NCBI GenBank assembly: GCA_000004985.1
Contig: GG738861.1
Reading direction: 5' to 3' (one strand)
DNA: 64,000 nt
DNA from: Naegleria gruberi
Lineage: Eukaryota
Shown here: in pieces, positions 24,019 through 36,317 of the stretch
How the letters are laid out: each line of letters begins with the position of its first letter
Position numbering within the stretch: position 1 is the first letter of the stretch
Notes under the pieces: model-generated
The model's input: only the letters and a program-made list of their open reading frames with translations
The model's database searches: none
What the model was told of the DNA's origin: nothing
Made by a program: the position numbers and the translations under genes

Positions 24019-24399
24019 TTTTTTTATCATATATGTGGTGGAAATGGAGAGATAGAGAGATGTAACATATCCATCGTGATAACTAATTATTTCTATGATA
24101 ATTCGAATAACAAAGCCAGGAATTGAAATAGAGTTCTTATCCTTGCACGTGATAACCATTCAATTATATACGAATAGTTTACAATAATCAAACTAATGGA
24201 CAATGATAAAAAAGATAGAAGGTTGTGTAAAACTTCCTGTGAACCAGCACACCTCTTCGATCTACTTTTCAATTCTTCAAGTCAATCAACAAATTTAACA
24301 CCTATTCCACAGATTAAAAACAAGTTGGTGTTGCTCTTTATCATAATGAAACCATTGGATAATATGAAGGAAAGGAAGAAGAAGAAGAATTTGTGTTTG

Positions 24400-24703
24400 T
24401 GACAAGGTTGGCAGCAACCCAATTCTGGGTTATCTTGTCAATGAAAGCAGTAAATATCCAATTATTTATGGAATAATAGCTGCCAACTGTCTATTATATG
24501 GATATTTCAAATTTTAAAGTTAAATATTCTGTAGATTTCTCATTCTTAAAGACATTTATGGAAAAACTTTGTCTTTCACCTCATAATTATCTTTCAGGAA
24601 CATTACACACTTCTTACTGAATGCCAATTCGATAGCTCACATTGGAGGTGCCTTATTTGGACTCTTATCAGCCTTCTCTTTGAAACAATGGGATAGAATT
24701 AAG
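24400..24703 (+). CDS. Rhomboid-family-like membrane protein fragment (partial gene model)
   Basis: Exon 24598..24703 encodes NITHFLLNANSIAHIGGALFGLLSAF, resembling the rhomboid TM6 AHxGG catalytic-His motif. Upstream exons were not resolved. Confidence 0.25.
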
Positions 24704-25080
24704 GTTAGGAGAGTTGAGATGAAAACTCGATCAGGTTATGAAGTGTGTGAACGCAGAAACTTTAGAACGGAGGGTAGGTCAGTGGGAATTAGTTGGAATT
24801 CGTCTGCTTGTAATGGAGAAGGGAAAGCTTGTGGAAGGAGAAATTTATTAAACCAAGACTATCTATGCAAGAAGGGAAGAAACCAAGAAGGAGTAAACAT
24901 TAGTTTATTATAAAGGATAATACTAAATGTTGTCAACTTGACATGAGATTCTAATAAAAGAAGTGTCAGTGACTAGATGGTATTTTCGTCATCCTTTCAT
25001 GGATCGATTCACTGCCAACAGGAATCAAAAAGAAACTAACGGTCAACAGCAAAAAACCATTCGAAACAAAACTAAAAAAA

Positions 25081-26009
25081 ATGTTTTCAGAACTTTCGTC
25101 CGTAGGCAATATTGTCTCCAACAAAATGCACAAAAAGCAACCATCCTTCAAAGAGATTCTCTACTCATCCACAAGTCCTCTCTTCGATCAGGATGGTGAA
25201 GAAATTCGAAAGCTATTCGACAAGTTTATCAACTCAACCGAGGTGAAGCAATTTAAGAGTTTTTTGGAGAGAAATAAAAAGATTGGTGAAATCCAAGGTC
25301 AGTCCCACTCTCTCAAGTTTCTAAAACAAGTAAATTTGGAGAATTGCTTGTTGACAAGAAGAAACTGTAGAGAAAAGTTTAGTTTCGGCTTGATTGGTGA
25401 AAATTGTAGGGAGGGAAATCTTTTCCTGACGAGAATGAGTGGTAGCTTTGATGATGCAGTGAGGTTCGATAATCCTGTACAAGTGTCTATGAAATATATG
25501 GATATGCAGACTAATCTTTCATTTGTGTAAGTTGTTTCAATATTGGAAAGGTTTCTAATAATTACTTTTACAGAGATTTATCAATTCAGGCACCATGGAA
25601 TGACAAACTATCCCTCCTACACTCTCAATATTCATCATTGAACCTCCAGAATCATCATGGTATTGCTCTCCTTCTCATAGATACAGTTCACTTCAATCAA
25701 ACATTCATTCTTCAACAATTACAAGCCATCACACGTGATTTCCACACCACCACTCAATCCAAATCATCGATCATCCTCCTAGGAATCAACACTAAACAGA
25801 GACATGACATTCTCACTCAAACTATTCCACTCACTGGAAAGGAATCTCAAATTCCACTTTCTAGAGAACAAGGTGAAAAACTTGCAGAGAAAATTGGATG
25901 TTTCACCTATTTGGAAGCAGATATTGAATCAAAAGATGGATTGGAACACTTGAAACAATTGCTTTTCAAAACTTTTTTTATAATTGAGGAATTAAACAAA
26001 ACTCACTAA
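25081..26009 (+). CDS. Divergent Ras-superfamily pseudo-GTPase; exons 25081..25526 and 25574..26009
   Basis: HHGIALLLIDTV aligns to GAHGIILVYDIT, ILLGINTKQ to LLVGNKCDL, and a C-terminal EADIE to SAK. The P-loop (GLIGENCREG) and the DTAGQ (QAPWN) and NKxD (NTKQ) motifs are all degenerate. The GTAAGT/AG intron is 47 nt. Confidence 0.45.
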
Positions 26010-26068
26010 CAAAATTTTTATGTGATTTGTGTGGGATTTATCTCAATATCACTTGGATTTACAAAATT

Positions 26069-27547
26069 TTAATGTTTTCCATTGGAAACTGGTGGAGGAG
26101 TGGCAGCTTTCTTTGGATGCTTTCTCTTTTTGGTAACGTGATGACGTTTCTTATTGACCTTCTTTGGTTTCTTATGATTCTTTGGTTTACTCTTTTCATT
26201 GTAAGTATCAAAATTGTCTTCCTTAACTGAAGAACAAACTCTCTTTCTCTTGGCACAGACAGTCTTTTGAGCAAAATGTTGACACTTGGCCTTACCACCT
26301 CCAAATGCAAACTTGACACAAACTTGTTGACCTTCACTCTTCTTGACACATTTCTTGACATGTCTTTGCTTGACACATCTCTTTGGAAGATTTTCATGTT
26401 GTGTACAGAATGAAACTGTCTTGTAAGAGGCACAGTATGGAACTTGTTTCTTCTTTAAACAACATCTAATCTTCTTGAATTGATCACATTGCTTTTCCTT
26501 AGTCCATCTAACACAATACTTGACACGTTTTTGTTTCTTACATTTTGGAGGAAGATAAGTATCAGCTGGAATGTAACCATCAGTCTTTGGAGCTGGTTGA
26601 GCACAGAATTGAGTATATCCAGTCTATTTTTGAGAAATTATTGTAATTTGAAAAATTGTAAATCAAAAACTTACCTTCTTACAGAACTTGACATTTTCAT
26701 ACTTTTCACAAGTCAATTTCTTTGAGAATTCATCACAAATCTTGTGACATTCTTGGTGACAAACCTTTCTGAATACCTTTGGTGGTGCATATGGATCAAC
26801 TTGCTTTCCCTTAGTTGGCTTGGTTGACTTGGCATTATGTGGAACATACAAATCAGATTGCTTAACTTCTTCCCACTTGCATTTCTTTTCACATTTCTTA
26901 CCAAATTTACTACAATATCTATCAGTCTTATAATGAACACATCTCTTCTTGTAATTACATTCCAATTTTGGAATATAAGAGTACAAATCACATCTGGCAT
27001 ATGGATCTGGTTTCTTTTGTTGAGGAGTATAATTATCTAAACAGATATCACGATGAGCCCATTCTAAACATTTACCATTTTCTCCATTGTGGACACAACT
27101 CTTCTTGAATTCTTCCTTTTCACAGACAGTCAAGTAGTGTTTCTTGGCACATTCTTGTCTGGTTCCGTGGGCAATACAGATGGTGGATGGACCTTCGTAT
27201 TTGTCACAATAGGTTTCACGTTTATATTCTAAACATTTGCCCTTGCCGATTGTCTTGTGTTGGATACACTTTTTGGTGGCTCCTTCCCAATTGTAATCGG
27301 TACATTTGCCCTTGATAGATGAATATTTGATACACTTGTTGTAACAGTATTTATCACCTTGTTTCTTGTAGGAATCGGTTGGTTTCTTATTCTTGTGGAT
27401 TTTCTTAATAACCTTTGGAGGAACTACAGGTGGTGCTGGATGAGGAGCTGTTGCTGGTGTTGCTGCAGTTGGATTTGAAAGAACAAGAGCTGCACAAACA
27501 CTCAACAATAGAATACAAGCTATACTAATGGTTTGGATTAGTTTCAT
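26069..27547 (-). CDS. Secreted cysteine- and lysine-rich protein (~480 aa, ~60 Cys); exons 27547..26675 and 26623..26069
   Basis: N-terminal signal peptide (MKLIQTISIACILLLSVCAALVLS), a Pro-rich linker, then dozens of CxxxxC/KC repeats (KCTDYNWEG, CLEYKRETYC, CVHYKTDRYC...). A 51-nt GTAAGT..AG intron separates the exons. Confidence 0.6.
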
Positions 27548-27776
27548 ATTTTTTAATGATGGAATTGAATTGTTGCTGTTGGAGGCATATTAATGGTTTT
27601 GTGAATGCATGTCACATGTTTATTCTTTTTTGGGATGATACATTCTCTTGATAATACTCCTAAAAAGTAACGAAAATTAATAAAGTGCATTTTGGAATCA
27701 TTCCAAATATTGAAGGATCGGTTGATTCAATTTAGGATCATGATTGGATATTTACAAGCTGTGTGCTAAAGAGTTT

Positions 27777-29006
27777 TCAGTGATTTACGATAAATCGTGC
27801 TAACCTGTTATCCTCAATAACTCTTTCCGAGGAACTCATTAGTAATAAGGAAGGATCAAAAGAGAGGTTGACATTAGTGACGAGAGTATCCTTGTTTGAT
27901 TCCTTTTCCAAATGTCCTTCCAAAAGAGTGTCTAAAATATGGATTGGATGTGAATGTTCATAGTCCAGTTCATTTCTGTGCAGGAATAACCTATCAAGGA
28001 CGTCTCTATTGAAGATTGTTCCATAAATTGAAACGTCCCTAGATGGATCAACTTCTGAATATATTCAAAATGAAATTAAACTATTAGAAATGTTTGAAAA
28101 CATACCTTGAGGCATTTCAATTGGTTGTCTAGTAAATGATGTATTAACACTAGTACAAATAGATGTAGTTGCCAGTTGATTTTCATCTTCATAATCTTCC
28201 TTAACCTTCTTTTGAGATGGTGTTTTCTTTGTTCCTGGAGGTCTTCCTCTCTTCTTCCTTGGAAGGTCTTCATTCTTTTTAGAGTTTGGAGTTTCAATTT
28301 GTTGTGTGAATTTTGAAGGTGTGACAATACGATCATCCTCTCTCAAAGGTTTTGTTTGTCTCTTCACTGGAGTTGTTACAGTGGCATGAGATGAAGAGGC
28401 TGTAGCACCACTTGCTGATGAAGAAGCCACTTGAGGGTTTGTTGATTTGTGTAGAGATCTAAGTTTTGTCTTTTTTGGTTTGGATTCATCCTCTCTTACT
28501 GTTTTGATAGGAATTGGAATAAGCATTGAAGAAGGAGGTTTTGGAGCATCGTGATGATGACTAACAATTACAGAAGGAATGGAAGAGGAAGGCTTACTTT
28601 GAGCAGCTCCGCTACTGAAAATTTGAAGTGATGTAGAAGTGCCTGTAGAATTGCTTCCAAAATCCATGAGAGGAGGTGGAGGAGGTTGTTGTGGTTGTTG
28701 AAGATTACAATTGCCATTCATCATGACACTATTATTCATATTCTCTGGTGAGGTAAAGAAGGAAGCAAATTCAATAAAAACCTTAGCATCTTCATCAATG
28801 ATTTTAGGCTTTTCCAATAATGAAGATGAATTTAACACCTCCATAGAAGATGATCTAACAATACTACCACTACTACTTTCACCAATAGCACTGCTCTTCT
28901 TATGAGTGGAACCATCCTCCTCATCAAGCCTTAATTCCCTCCTCGATTCATCCTCGCTATCAGAACTCTCATAATTGTGCAAACTTTCCCGCTCGACTTG
29001 TTTCAT
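27777..29006 (-). CDS. AT-hook-containing Ser-rich nuclear protein; exons 29006..28106 and 28054..27777
   Basis: AT-hook core PRKKRGRPPGTKK, S/T-rich low-complexity body, 51-nt GTATGT..AG intron in phase 1, conserved-looking C-terminal block VDPSRDVSIYGTIFNRDVLDRLFLH. The 3' end may extend through an additional donor at AG|GTTAGC. Confidence 0.5.
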
Positions 29007-29161
29007 TTTTTTATTGTTGAATATTTAATAGTAGACTTTCATCTTGAAGGCTAACAATTTTCATCTTCATCAAGTGTGTAAATTTTTCAATAGGAACAGA
29101 ATTAATTACCCTATTTATCATCATCCAGCATTATCACATGAATTTAAAATTGGATTAAAAA

Positions 29162-31522
29162 ATGAAAAAACTTGTCCGATGCATTCATCATCATTATAAA
29201 ATAATTAGTAATAGTGGTGGTGTTGATGGCATTGTTCCAATTACATGTATTAGTAATCAATTAGTGGGAGGCTATAGTACAAGTCATGTGGCTCTTTTGT
29301 TGAGGAATTTAAATTCTCGAATAATTAATGTTAGGAATTTTAGTTCTAATTCAATTGTCGTTGTTGCTGCAGAGGATTCACAATTATTAGTAAATAATAA
29401 TAAGAATAATATTATCGGAACGGAGAAGGTATTACACGATCAAAATTTGACTGCTAAGAATGATTTGTTTAATTTCATTCCGAATATGAAAACCAAAAAG
29501 GAAAAACCAAGAGCAACCATTTCTCGATCTGCTGATGATTATTTACTCGTAATGCAATCAATACTTTCTATAAAAAATCAATCGGAGGAAAAGATTGATA
29601 GATCTAAACATGCCATTCCTTCTTCACTGATCTTTTTAATTGATGGAACCAAGTATAAAGTGAGATGGTGGTTGAGTATGTTAACATCATTTGGAGAACT
29701 GGAAAATAGAGAGATTATGGAATTATTGTCAGATGTATTGTTGAATAGATTATTTGTTTATCCTGAAAAACGAAATGAAGTATTGGCTAAATGGTATGGC
29801 ATAACGAATATGGAACAAGCAGAAACAATGAATTTAGAAAATATCCACGATACTGAAATAGATAATGGAAAGAGTGAAATTATTTCACTTTCAGATATTG
29901 TCAAGTTTTACAAATCATTCCAAGTGTATGGCTCTGAAGAGGTGGAGAAGAATTTCGTTACAGAACTGAGAATGGTTTGTAAATCTCAGCTCATTGCAAA
30001 TTATTGTAATCTCAAAGATTTGGAAATGATTAGACAAGTTTTTCAATCTGTTAGAGAAGAGGAAGGAGAACCTTCAATTCAAATCTATAATCAAATGATG
30101 TCAGCCCTTGCTAATCTCTCCTCCAATGCAACTGAAGATGCCAAATCCATCATCCAAGAAATTGAAAGTCTCTACTCTGAAATTGAATCACCAAGTACTC
30201 AATGTATTCACACCATGTTACATACCTATGCAAAGTTTGGCATGTATGTCCAAATGGAAGAATTGGCCAAAAAATTAGAAGATAAGAACTCTTATACCTA
30301 CTCCATTCTGTTATATGGATATACTGTTGGTAAACGATTTTCAAAAGCTTTAGAAGTGTACAGTACTATAGCCGAGCCAAGACCAGAACATATTCGTTTG
30401 GTTGTTTCTCTCCTCTTAGAAGTTGGACTGGATATTCAAGGTGAGAGACTTATTCAATCCCTACCAGAATCCGTTCACAAATTGAGATTGACTAATGAAT
30501 TGATGGATCTCTACACTAAATCTGGTGATTTTGAATCAGTCATTAGGTTGTTCCATTCACTGAATGAACCAGATTGTTACAGTCTTGGAATTGTAATGAA
30601 TGCATATGTGAGGCAGAATAATGTGGAAACATCCCTCAATTTATTTCAAAAGTATTGTGTAGAGGGAAATATTGCACCAAATAGTATTATTTATAATTTA
30701 TTATTGCATGGAATTGCACTTCAAGGAGATTTTGAAAAACTGGAAAAATTCTTTCATCAAATTCCAAAGGCACTCGTTGACTGTAAAACCATTGTAACAA
30801 TGTTATCAGCGTATCAGAAGAAGAGAGATTATAGAAAAACTGAACAAATTTATAGAAACTATGCTGCCATTCTCAAAGATTCAATGTATGCCACTACTCT
30901 CATGATCAAGTGCTATGCCTCTCTGGGGAAGATTCACAAAGCAGAACAACTTTACGAGTCAGTTAAAAAGCCAGATCTAGTGTTGTGTAATATCATGTTG
31001 GACTCGTATGCCAAGATTGGTGACATGACAAAGGCATATAATTTATTTTTAGGAATGTACAAGAGAGACATAGTTTCCTATAATACTATTTTGAAAGGAT
31101 ATTCTGTAAAAGGAGCTCTGCATAATGCAGAAGTAATTTTCAATAGAATTGATGATCCTGATTCTCAATCCTATCTCATCATGTTAAACACTTATGCTGA
31201 ACATGGTAGCACAGAGAATGTAGAAACCTTTTTCAAAACGATACCAAAGAAATTCAAGAATTCATACATTTATACATGTATGATGAAAATTTATTCCAAG
31301 CTTAATAAGGTGGAAAGAGTGAAATTTTATTATGGACTTGTTGGAGCCAATAATTTCCATGCTGATCACTTAATGTTGAATACATTTTTAAAGAATGAGG
31401 ATTTTGAATCAATGAGACAATTAGAAAGTAAGATGAGAGAAAAATACACCAAGTATGATGTTCATTCTAGGGCAATTTTTGATTTATACAAACAAGTACC
31501 AGGTTTTAAATTTAAACAATAA
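29162..31522 (+). CDS. Pentatricopeptide-repeat (PPR) protein, probably mitochondrial, intronless
   Basis: Multiple 35-aa PPR-like units (YNTILKGYSVKGALHNAEVIF, CNIMLDSYAKIGDMTKAYNLF, YNLLLHGIALQGD). The N-terminus is Arg/Ser-rich and presequence-like. Confidence 0.7.
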   Translation: MKKLVRCIHHHYKIISNSGGVDGIVPITCISNQLVGGYSTSHVALLLRNLNSRIINVRNFSSNSIVVVAAEDSQLLVNNNKNNIIGTEKVLHDQNLTAKNDLFNFIPNMKTKKEKPRATISRSADDYLLVMQSILSIKNQSEEKIDRSKHAIPSSLIFLIDGTKYKVRWWLSMLTSFGELENREIMELLSDVLLNRLFVYPEKRNEVLAKWYGITNMEQAETMNLENIHDTEIDNGKSEIISLSDIVKFYKSFQVYGSEEVEKNFVTELRMVCKSQLIANYCNLKDLEMIRQVFQSVREEEGEPSIQIYNQMMSALANLSSNATEDAKSIIQEIESLYSEIESPSTQCIHTMLHTYAKFGMYVQMEELAKKLEDKNSYTYSILLYGYTVGKRFSKALEVYSTIAEPRPEHIRLVVSLLLEVGLDIQGERLIQSLPESVHKLRLTNELMDLYTKSGDFESVIRLFHSLNEPDCYSLGIVMNAYVRQNNVETSLNLFQKYCVEGNIAPNSIIYNLLLHGIALQGDFEKLEKFFHQIPKALVDCKTIVTMLSAYQKKRDYRKTEQIYRNYAAILKDSMYATTLMIKCYASLGKIHKAEQLYESVKKPDLVLCNIMLDSYAKIGDMTKAYNLFLGMYKRDIVSYNTILKGYSVKGALHNAEVIFNRIDDPDSQSYLIMLNTYAEHGSTENVETFFKTIPKKFKNSYIYTCMMKIYSKLNKVERVKFYYGLVGANNFHADHLMLNTFLKNEDFESMRQLESKMREKYTKYDVHSRAIFDLYKQVPGFKFKQ

Positions 31523-31545
31523 TTAAATAATGAACTGAGATTAAA

Positions 31546-34500
31546 CTAATTTATTATAACATCAGGAAGTCCGTAACAAACTGTTGCTGATCCAATAAGG
31601 GAAGGTAATTTACATGTTTCTCTTGCCTCAGTAAGAACTTCACAAATTGATTGGTTTTGATTATTGACAAGCCACTTCTCTAACATGTACTCTGTGAGTC
31701 TATCAATGTCCTTATCTGTTACATCCCAAAGATTAGCAATAACAAATGGTGAACCAGCCAACAAGAAACTCAAAATGGTGCCATTTGGTTCATAATTACC
31801 ATACTCTTTCAATCTTCCACTACTACATCCCATCAATAGTATTGGACAACATTTCAATAGTCTCCTTATCTTGTGTGGATTGTAGTATCTTTCTCCAGTT
31901 CCGTGGCCTATATAAATCATCAAATCACTATCAGATAATACTTGATAGAGGGTATCCTCAGAGGGAGGTGCATTTCCAATAATACCTTTCCAATTAGTGT
32001 GACTTTCAAAGAATGGTTTGAATCTTTCCTCTGAAGAAGCCAAATCTCCACTTGGATTCAAAAGATAATAGACATTATCTCGTTTGATTTCTCCATTCAC
32101 CTCTGTCATTCTATTCAAATGATAGTAGAGAAGTAAAAGGCTTGGCATTCTGGAGGTTGGATAACCTCTAATTGTTGGCATTGACTCGAGTGGAAGTTGT
32201 TGAATCAGCTTATCCAAACAAAATACTAAATGTTTTCTCTTAATCTTTTGCTTTTCAATCCTGGTACAGTGTCTGAATAATAGATTGTCCTTTTTCTTGT
32301 CACTCTCTGAGAAGGCCTGTAGGAAGGTGGTATAGAAAATATTTTGAATTGAAGACACAATCGAAGCATCACAATCAACATTGCCCAAAATGAAATACTT
32401 GATACATTCCTCCACATCTGACTCTTCCTTGAAGGAAGAGAAGGATTTCAATAATAATTTAGCCATTCTAGGATCAAATGTAAAGTCAACCATTCCTCCT
32501 ACATCTTTCAATTTTTCAATCAGAAATTCAGTTTTAGCTTCCAAAATTTCATCAAACTCACTCATTAAACGAGGGACAAGTAATAACTTGATTGGTCCGA
32601 AGAGTAGGTCCTCAATATATTTGACCAAGGTAGCAAGCTTTTCATCGAGATCCTTTCTAGTTTTCCACCAAGAGGATTTGTCAGTAATGGTGAAAGACTC
32701 CTTACTTAGGATTTGCAGGTGGTCAAAGGAGAGTAAAACCTTATGGAGAATGTTACTGTCATTTCCAAACAATGCCTGATAGGAACGCCAATTCGAGTAT
32801 GAGCTTAAACTACTGGAAGTGAGCTGAGATCCTGAATCAGAAGATTTTTGATACTGTAATTGAGTTTGTTTGATGGCAGACTCACTGAATAACCTGTTAA
32901 GTTTGGAGAATGACTCTGTATTTCTAACAAGTGGAATTGGCATGACAATACAATCATCATCACCTCCACTATGATTATTCATAACTGTCACTACCAGATT
33001 TGAATAATCTGTAATAAATATTATTTAGTAAATTAAAAAAAAAGAATAAATATACATACCATCGGTAATGCAAATGTTACAAACACTAATATTGGAAGGC
33101 AAAATCGAAATTAAATTATCCATAAAACTCTTTTTTGTTGTCAGATCCTTCAAGTCTAACATGAATGTAAATTGCAACTCATTCGTTATTGACAATCTTC
33201 TCATCATTTTTTCCACTCCCTTATTATCTGTCATGTCATCCATACTTCCAATACTTTGCATTCCATTATTATTCATTGAATTGAAATAGTCCAATAAATC
33301 TTGTAAGGTATGCTTCAATCTAATACCCATAGACATGGAGCTTAGGAATGCATAGTCCCTCTCTTCACTATTATTTGTAAAGGTTGTCTCGGAGGTAGTG
33401 TTCATGTGAGCCAAAATACGCTTCTTCAACGGTATTGGAACATCATTCCAAGCCAAACCAAAGTTAGATCTAAACTCATAGTTTAACTTGTTATTTCCAC
33501 TGAGTGCATTACAATAATACTTGACCCATAGTGAATCTTCCTCAGTCTTTTCATTGCTTGCATTCAAATCAACCACCTTCGACAGTCTCTCAAGTATTTG
33601 TTTGGCTCCTTGTTCATCATTCCTTTTAAGTAGGAGTATCACTTTTTGTAAATCGATACCCATTTCATTCTTATTTGAAATGCTATTGAGGAGTGTCTCT
33701 GCCTCTTCATCCTTATTTTGCATCAAGAGCATCGTACTCTCCAAGAGTAAGAATTCATGAGCAAACTTGTTAATAATATTATGTGTAGCACTGGTGTTAT
33801 CACTTAAAAGTGCTTTTACAATCTGTACAATATATTCTACATCTTCAAAATCGTGTCTATTCAACTTCAGTCTAGCAAGATGGTATAAATATGATAGAGT
33901 AAAACTCAAACATTTTACGAGAATTGAAAATCTCAAACCCTGTCTAATACAAGTCTCACATGAAGAAAAGTTGCCTCTCACTTCATGTATTCTAATCATT
34001 TGCTGATAATGAAGTAAAGAAATACACGAATGATCAAAGTGGTGAGCCAATGAGAAGGAAGTTTTCAAATCACTCTTGGTAGCCTTCTTTGTTATTGACT
34101 CTATGACTTTAGCTTCAGACCTCTTTTCCTTTTCCAACATACCTCTCATTTTCATACTCTTAATGAGATGTTGATAGGCCACTTGGACGTCATACTTCAT
34201 TGCTGCCTTGCAATTAATGTAGCTATATTTAGATATTGAGGCAGCATCCTCAGTTGATAATTCCAAAATCTTACCAGTTATTTCATTAGATAGTTGCATA
34301 AAGCTGTCATCCTCGGGCTTGCAACAAAATCTCCTCCGATATTCAAATTCTTGGAAGGAATCCAATTTTTCTCTCTTGATAAACTGTTTATCGTTCATAT
34401 GTAAAGCATGATCATTGAGAATGGAAAGTATTGTTTGGTATTGTTTCAAATAGTCGGCATCCACATTAGAGGGAATAGGCTTTGAGAAAATCCTTCTAAA

Positions 34501-35565
34501 ATTGAGAATGACATCATCCATTCCATAAACCATACAGAATCTAATTACAGTTCCAATCAGATAGAAAATGTAAATAATATCCCTCTTGTTAAGATGTGCA
34601 AACAAATCAGTAACATCCAGATTAAATCTCAAATTTCTTGTAAGTGATTCTATTGATTGTAAATGACCATTGAAAACAGTTTTCAGCACCTTGCTAAATA
34701 TTTCCTTATTTTTCATATTGAGAGTTTCATTACTATTATTCACTGAGAGCAAGTCTTCGATATTCGAAGGATTCCTCTCCAAATATCTCATACATGAAAC
34801 AAATGTTGTAATGATATTGGTAATGAAAGGAATGATAGTTTGGGTGAGAGTATCGTTACCATTGACTATGGTGGTACCTAGCATTGAACTCACCTCTTCC
34901 AATTCTTTCAAAACTTGAGAATCGGAAACAGGTTGAGTTCCAGAGTATGAGTGTAAAAAGAGAAGAATTCTCTTGACCTTGTAGAGAATAATATCTGATG
35001 AATTGGGTGATACTTTCTCTAAATATTCTCCCAGTCGTTGTAATACTAGAATATTTTCCTTGAAGAGTATATCCTGACAATTAGTATCCTCTATTGCTTT
35101 TAATTCCAATTTGAGAAAAGGTATTTGATGAACTTCATAGGCCTCCTCTTTGATGGCTTCTACTATTGTAAAAATTGGTTGTTCTTGTGGAGATTTGTGT
35201 GCTTTTGTTTTGCAGTTAATATAACTCTGGAAAAGAAATAAAAGTTTAGCCTCGTTGAAAGTTCCCGTCGAAACATTTTGCCGAATTAACTTGATGAAAC
35301 CCTTCTGAATTTCCATAAAATCGGCATTTGGTAGTTTGTATTTCGATCTCAAAAGTAGTTCGAATGTTTTCAGCAAGTGATCGGAGGCTACTTTAAATTT
35401 ATCAGCAAATTTCTCAGGTATTGGAGTGCTGAGTACTTTTTGAAAGAGTTGTTTACCTTCCTCCAAACTCTTGACAGCCTGCTCGAAATTGTTTGCTTGG
35501 TAGGCAGAGAGACCTTTGTTATACTCTTCAATGCCCTTCTTATAGAGGTCGATGAGTGCTTGCAT
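31546..35565 (-). CDS. ESPL1: Separase (peptidase C50, ESP1/ESPL1); exons 35565..33060 and 33008..31546
   Basis: C-terminal caspase-like domain with catalytic His (MIYIGHGTGERYY) and Cys (LLMGCSSGRL), plus a long helical N-terminal region. A single 51-nt GTATGT..AG intron joins the two ORF-track frames in phase 1, giving ~1322 aa. Confidence 0.8.
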
Positions 35566-35595
35566 TTTTTTTCTTTTTTTTTTTAACTGGTAATA

Positions 35596-35700
35596 TTGGC
35601 GGGAACTTTCATCACGTTTTATTCAAATTAATTTCGTCACTTTTATTAATATTAATTTCATCACGTTTTATTAATAATATTAATTTACTTGGTGATGGTG
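35596..35700. repeat. Degenerate ~30-bp tandem motif (attaatttcRtcacKttttatt) ×3 in the separase 5' / AP3S 3' intergenic region, preceded by a T(20) tract
   Basis: Direct repeats seen in the sequence: ttcatcacgttttattcaaattaatttcgtcacttttattaatattaatttcatcacgttttattaataatattaattt. Confidence 0.4.
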
Positions 35701-35825
35701 CCACGTACATGAATCCAACCAATGATGATAAAAATTCCCACATACGTAACAACTTTTACAATATTTTCAAATAATTAAAGGTTTTAATAATATTTTAATT
35801 TTGTACAAGTGAATTTTACATTGAA

Positions 35826-36317
35826 TTATCTATTCATGATTTTGGTGACTGTTGGTCCTTGATTCTTAGTTCTATTTTCAATATCGTTTTGTTCCTTGAT
35901 TGACATTAAAATTTCTTCCTTATTTGTTTCTAAAACTAAACCTCCAATAACAATTTCTTCCAAAATATAATGTACTTTATCAGAGTGGAAAATCAAATCT
36001 AATTCACAAACATTTTCAAAGCATTTATCCAAAGTCTCAACAAAAACTTGGATAAGATCTAAAATTCCTAATTCGCTTTCATTTTGATCCACAGCAAATA
36101 TAAAGTACAATGTAGCATAATGTCTATAGATGAGTTTGGTATCCTTTCCCCAAATAGCACCTCCTTCCAAGAAGTTGCAAACATTATCCGGTCTTCTCAC
36201 TACCAATGAGTAACATTCACGAACAGCTTGTTGTTGTTTTTCGAATGGGACTTGTTCAAAGAACTTGGAAAGACGAGCTTTACCGTGATTATTCACAACA
36301 AGGATACCTTTAATCAT
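35826..36317 (-). CDS. AP3S: AP-3 adaptor complex sigma subunit
   Basis: About 80% identical to human AP3S1 across the whole protein (MIKAILIFNNHGKPRLSKFY...LDLIQVFVETLDKCFENVCELDLIFH). Confidence 0.9.
   Translation of the reverse strand: MIKGILVVNNHGKARLSKFFEQVPFEKQQQAVRECYSLVVRRPDNVCNFLEGGAIWGKDTKLIYRHYATLYFIFAVDQNESELGILDLIQVFVETLDKCFENVCELDLIFHSDKVHYILEEIVIGGLVLETNKEEILMSIKEQNDIENRTKNQGPTVTKIMNR

Noticed and set aside
26059-26433. ORF-track 124-aa minus-strand ORF MPLTRQFHSVHNMKIFQRD…
   Set aside because: It is the wrong frame of exon 2 of the Cys/Lys-rich secreted protein. The correct frame continues the Cys-repeat pattern from exon 1 and has no internal start codon, which is why the track missed it.
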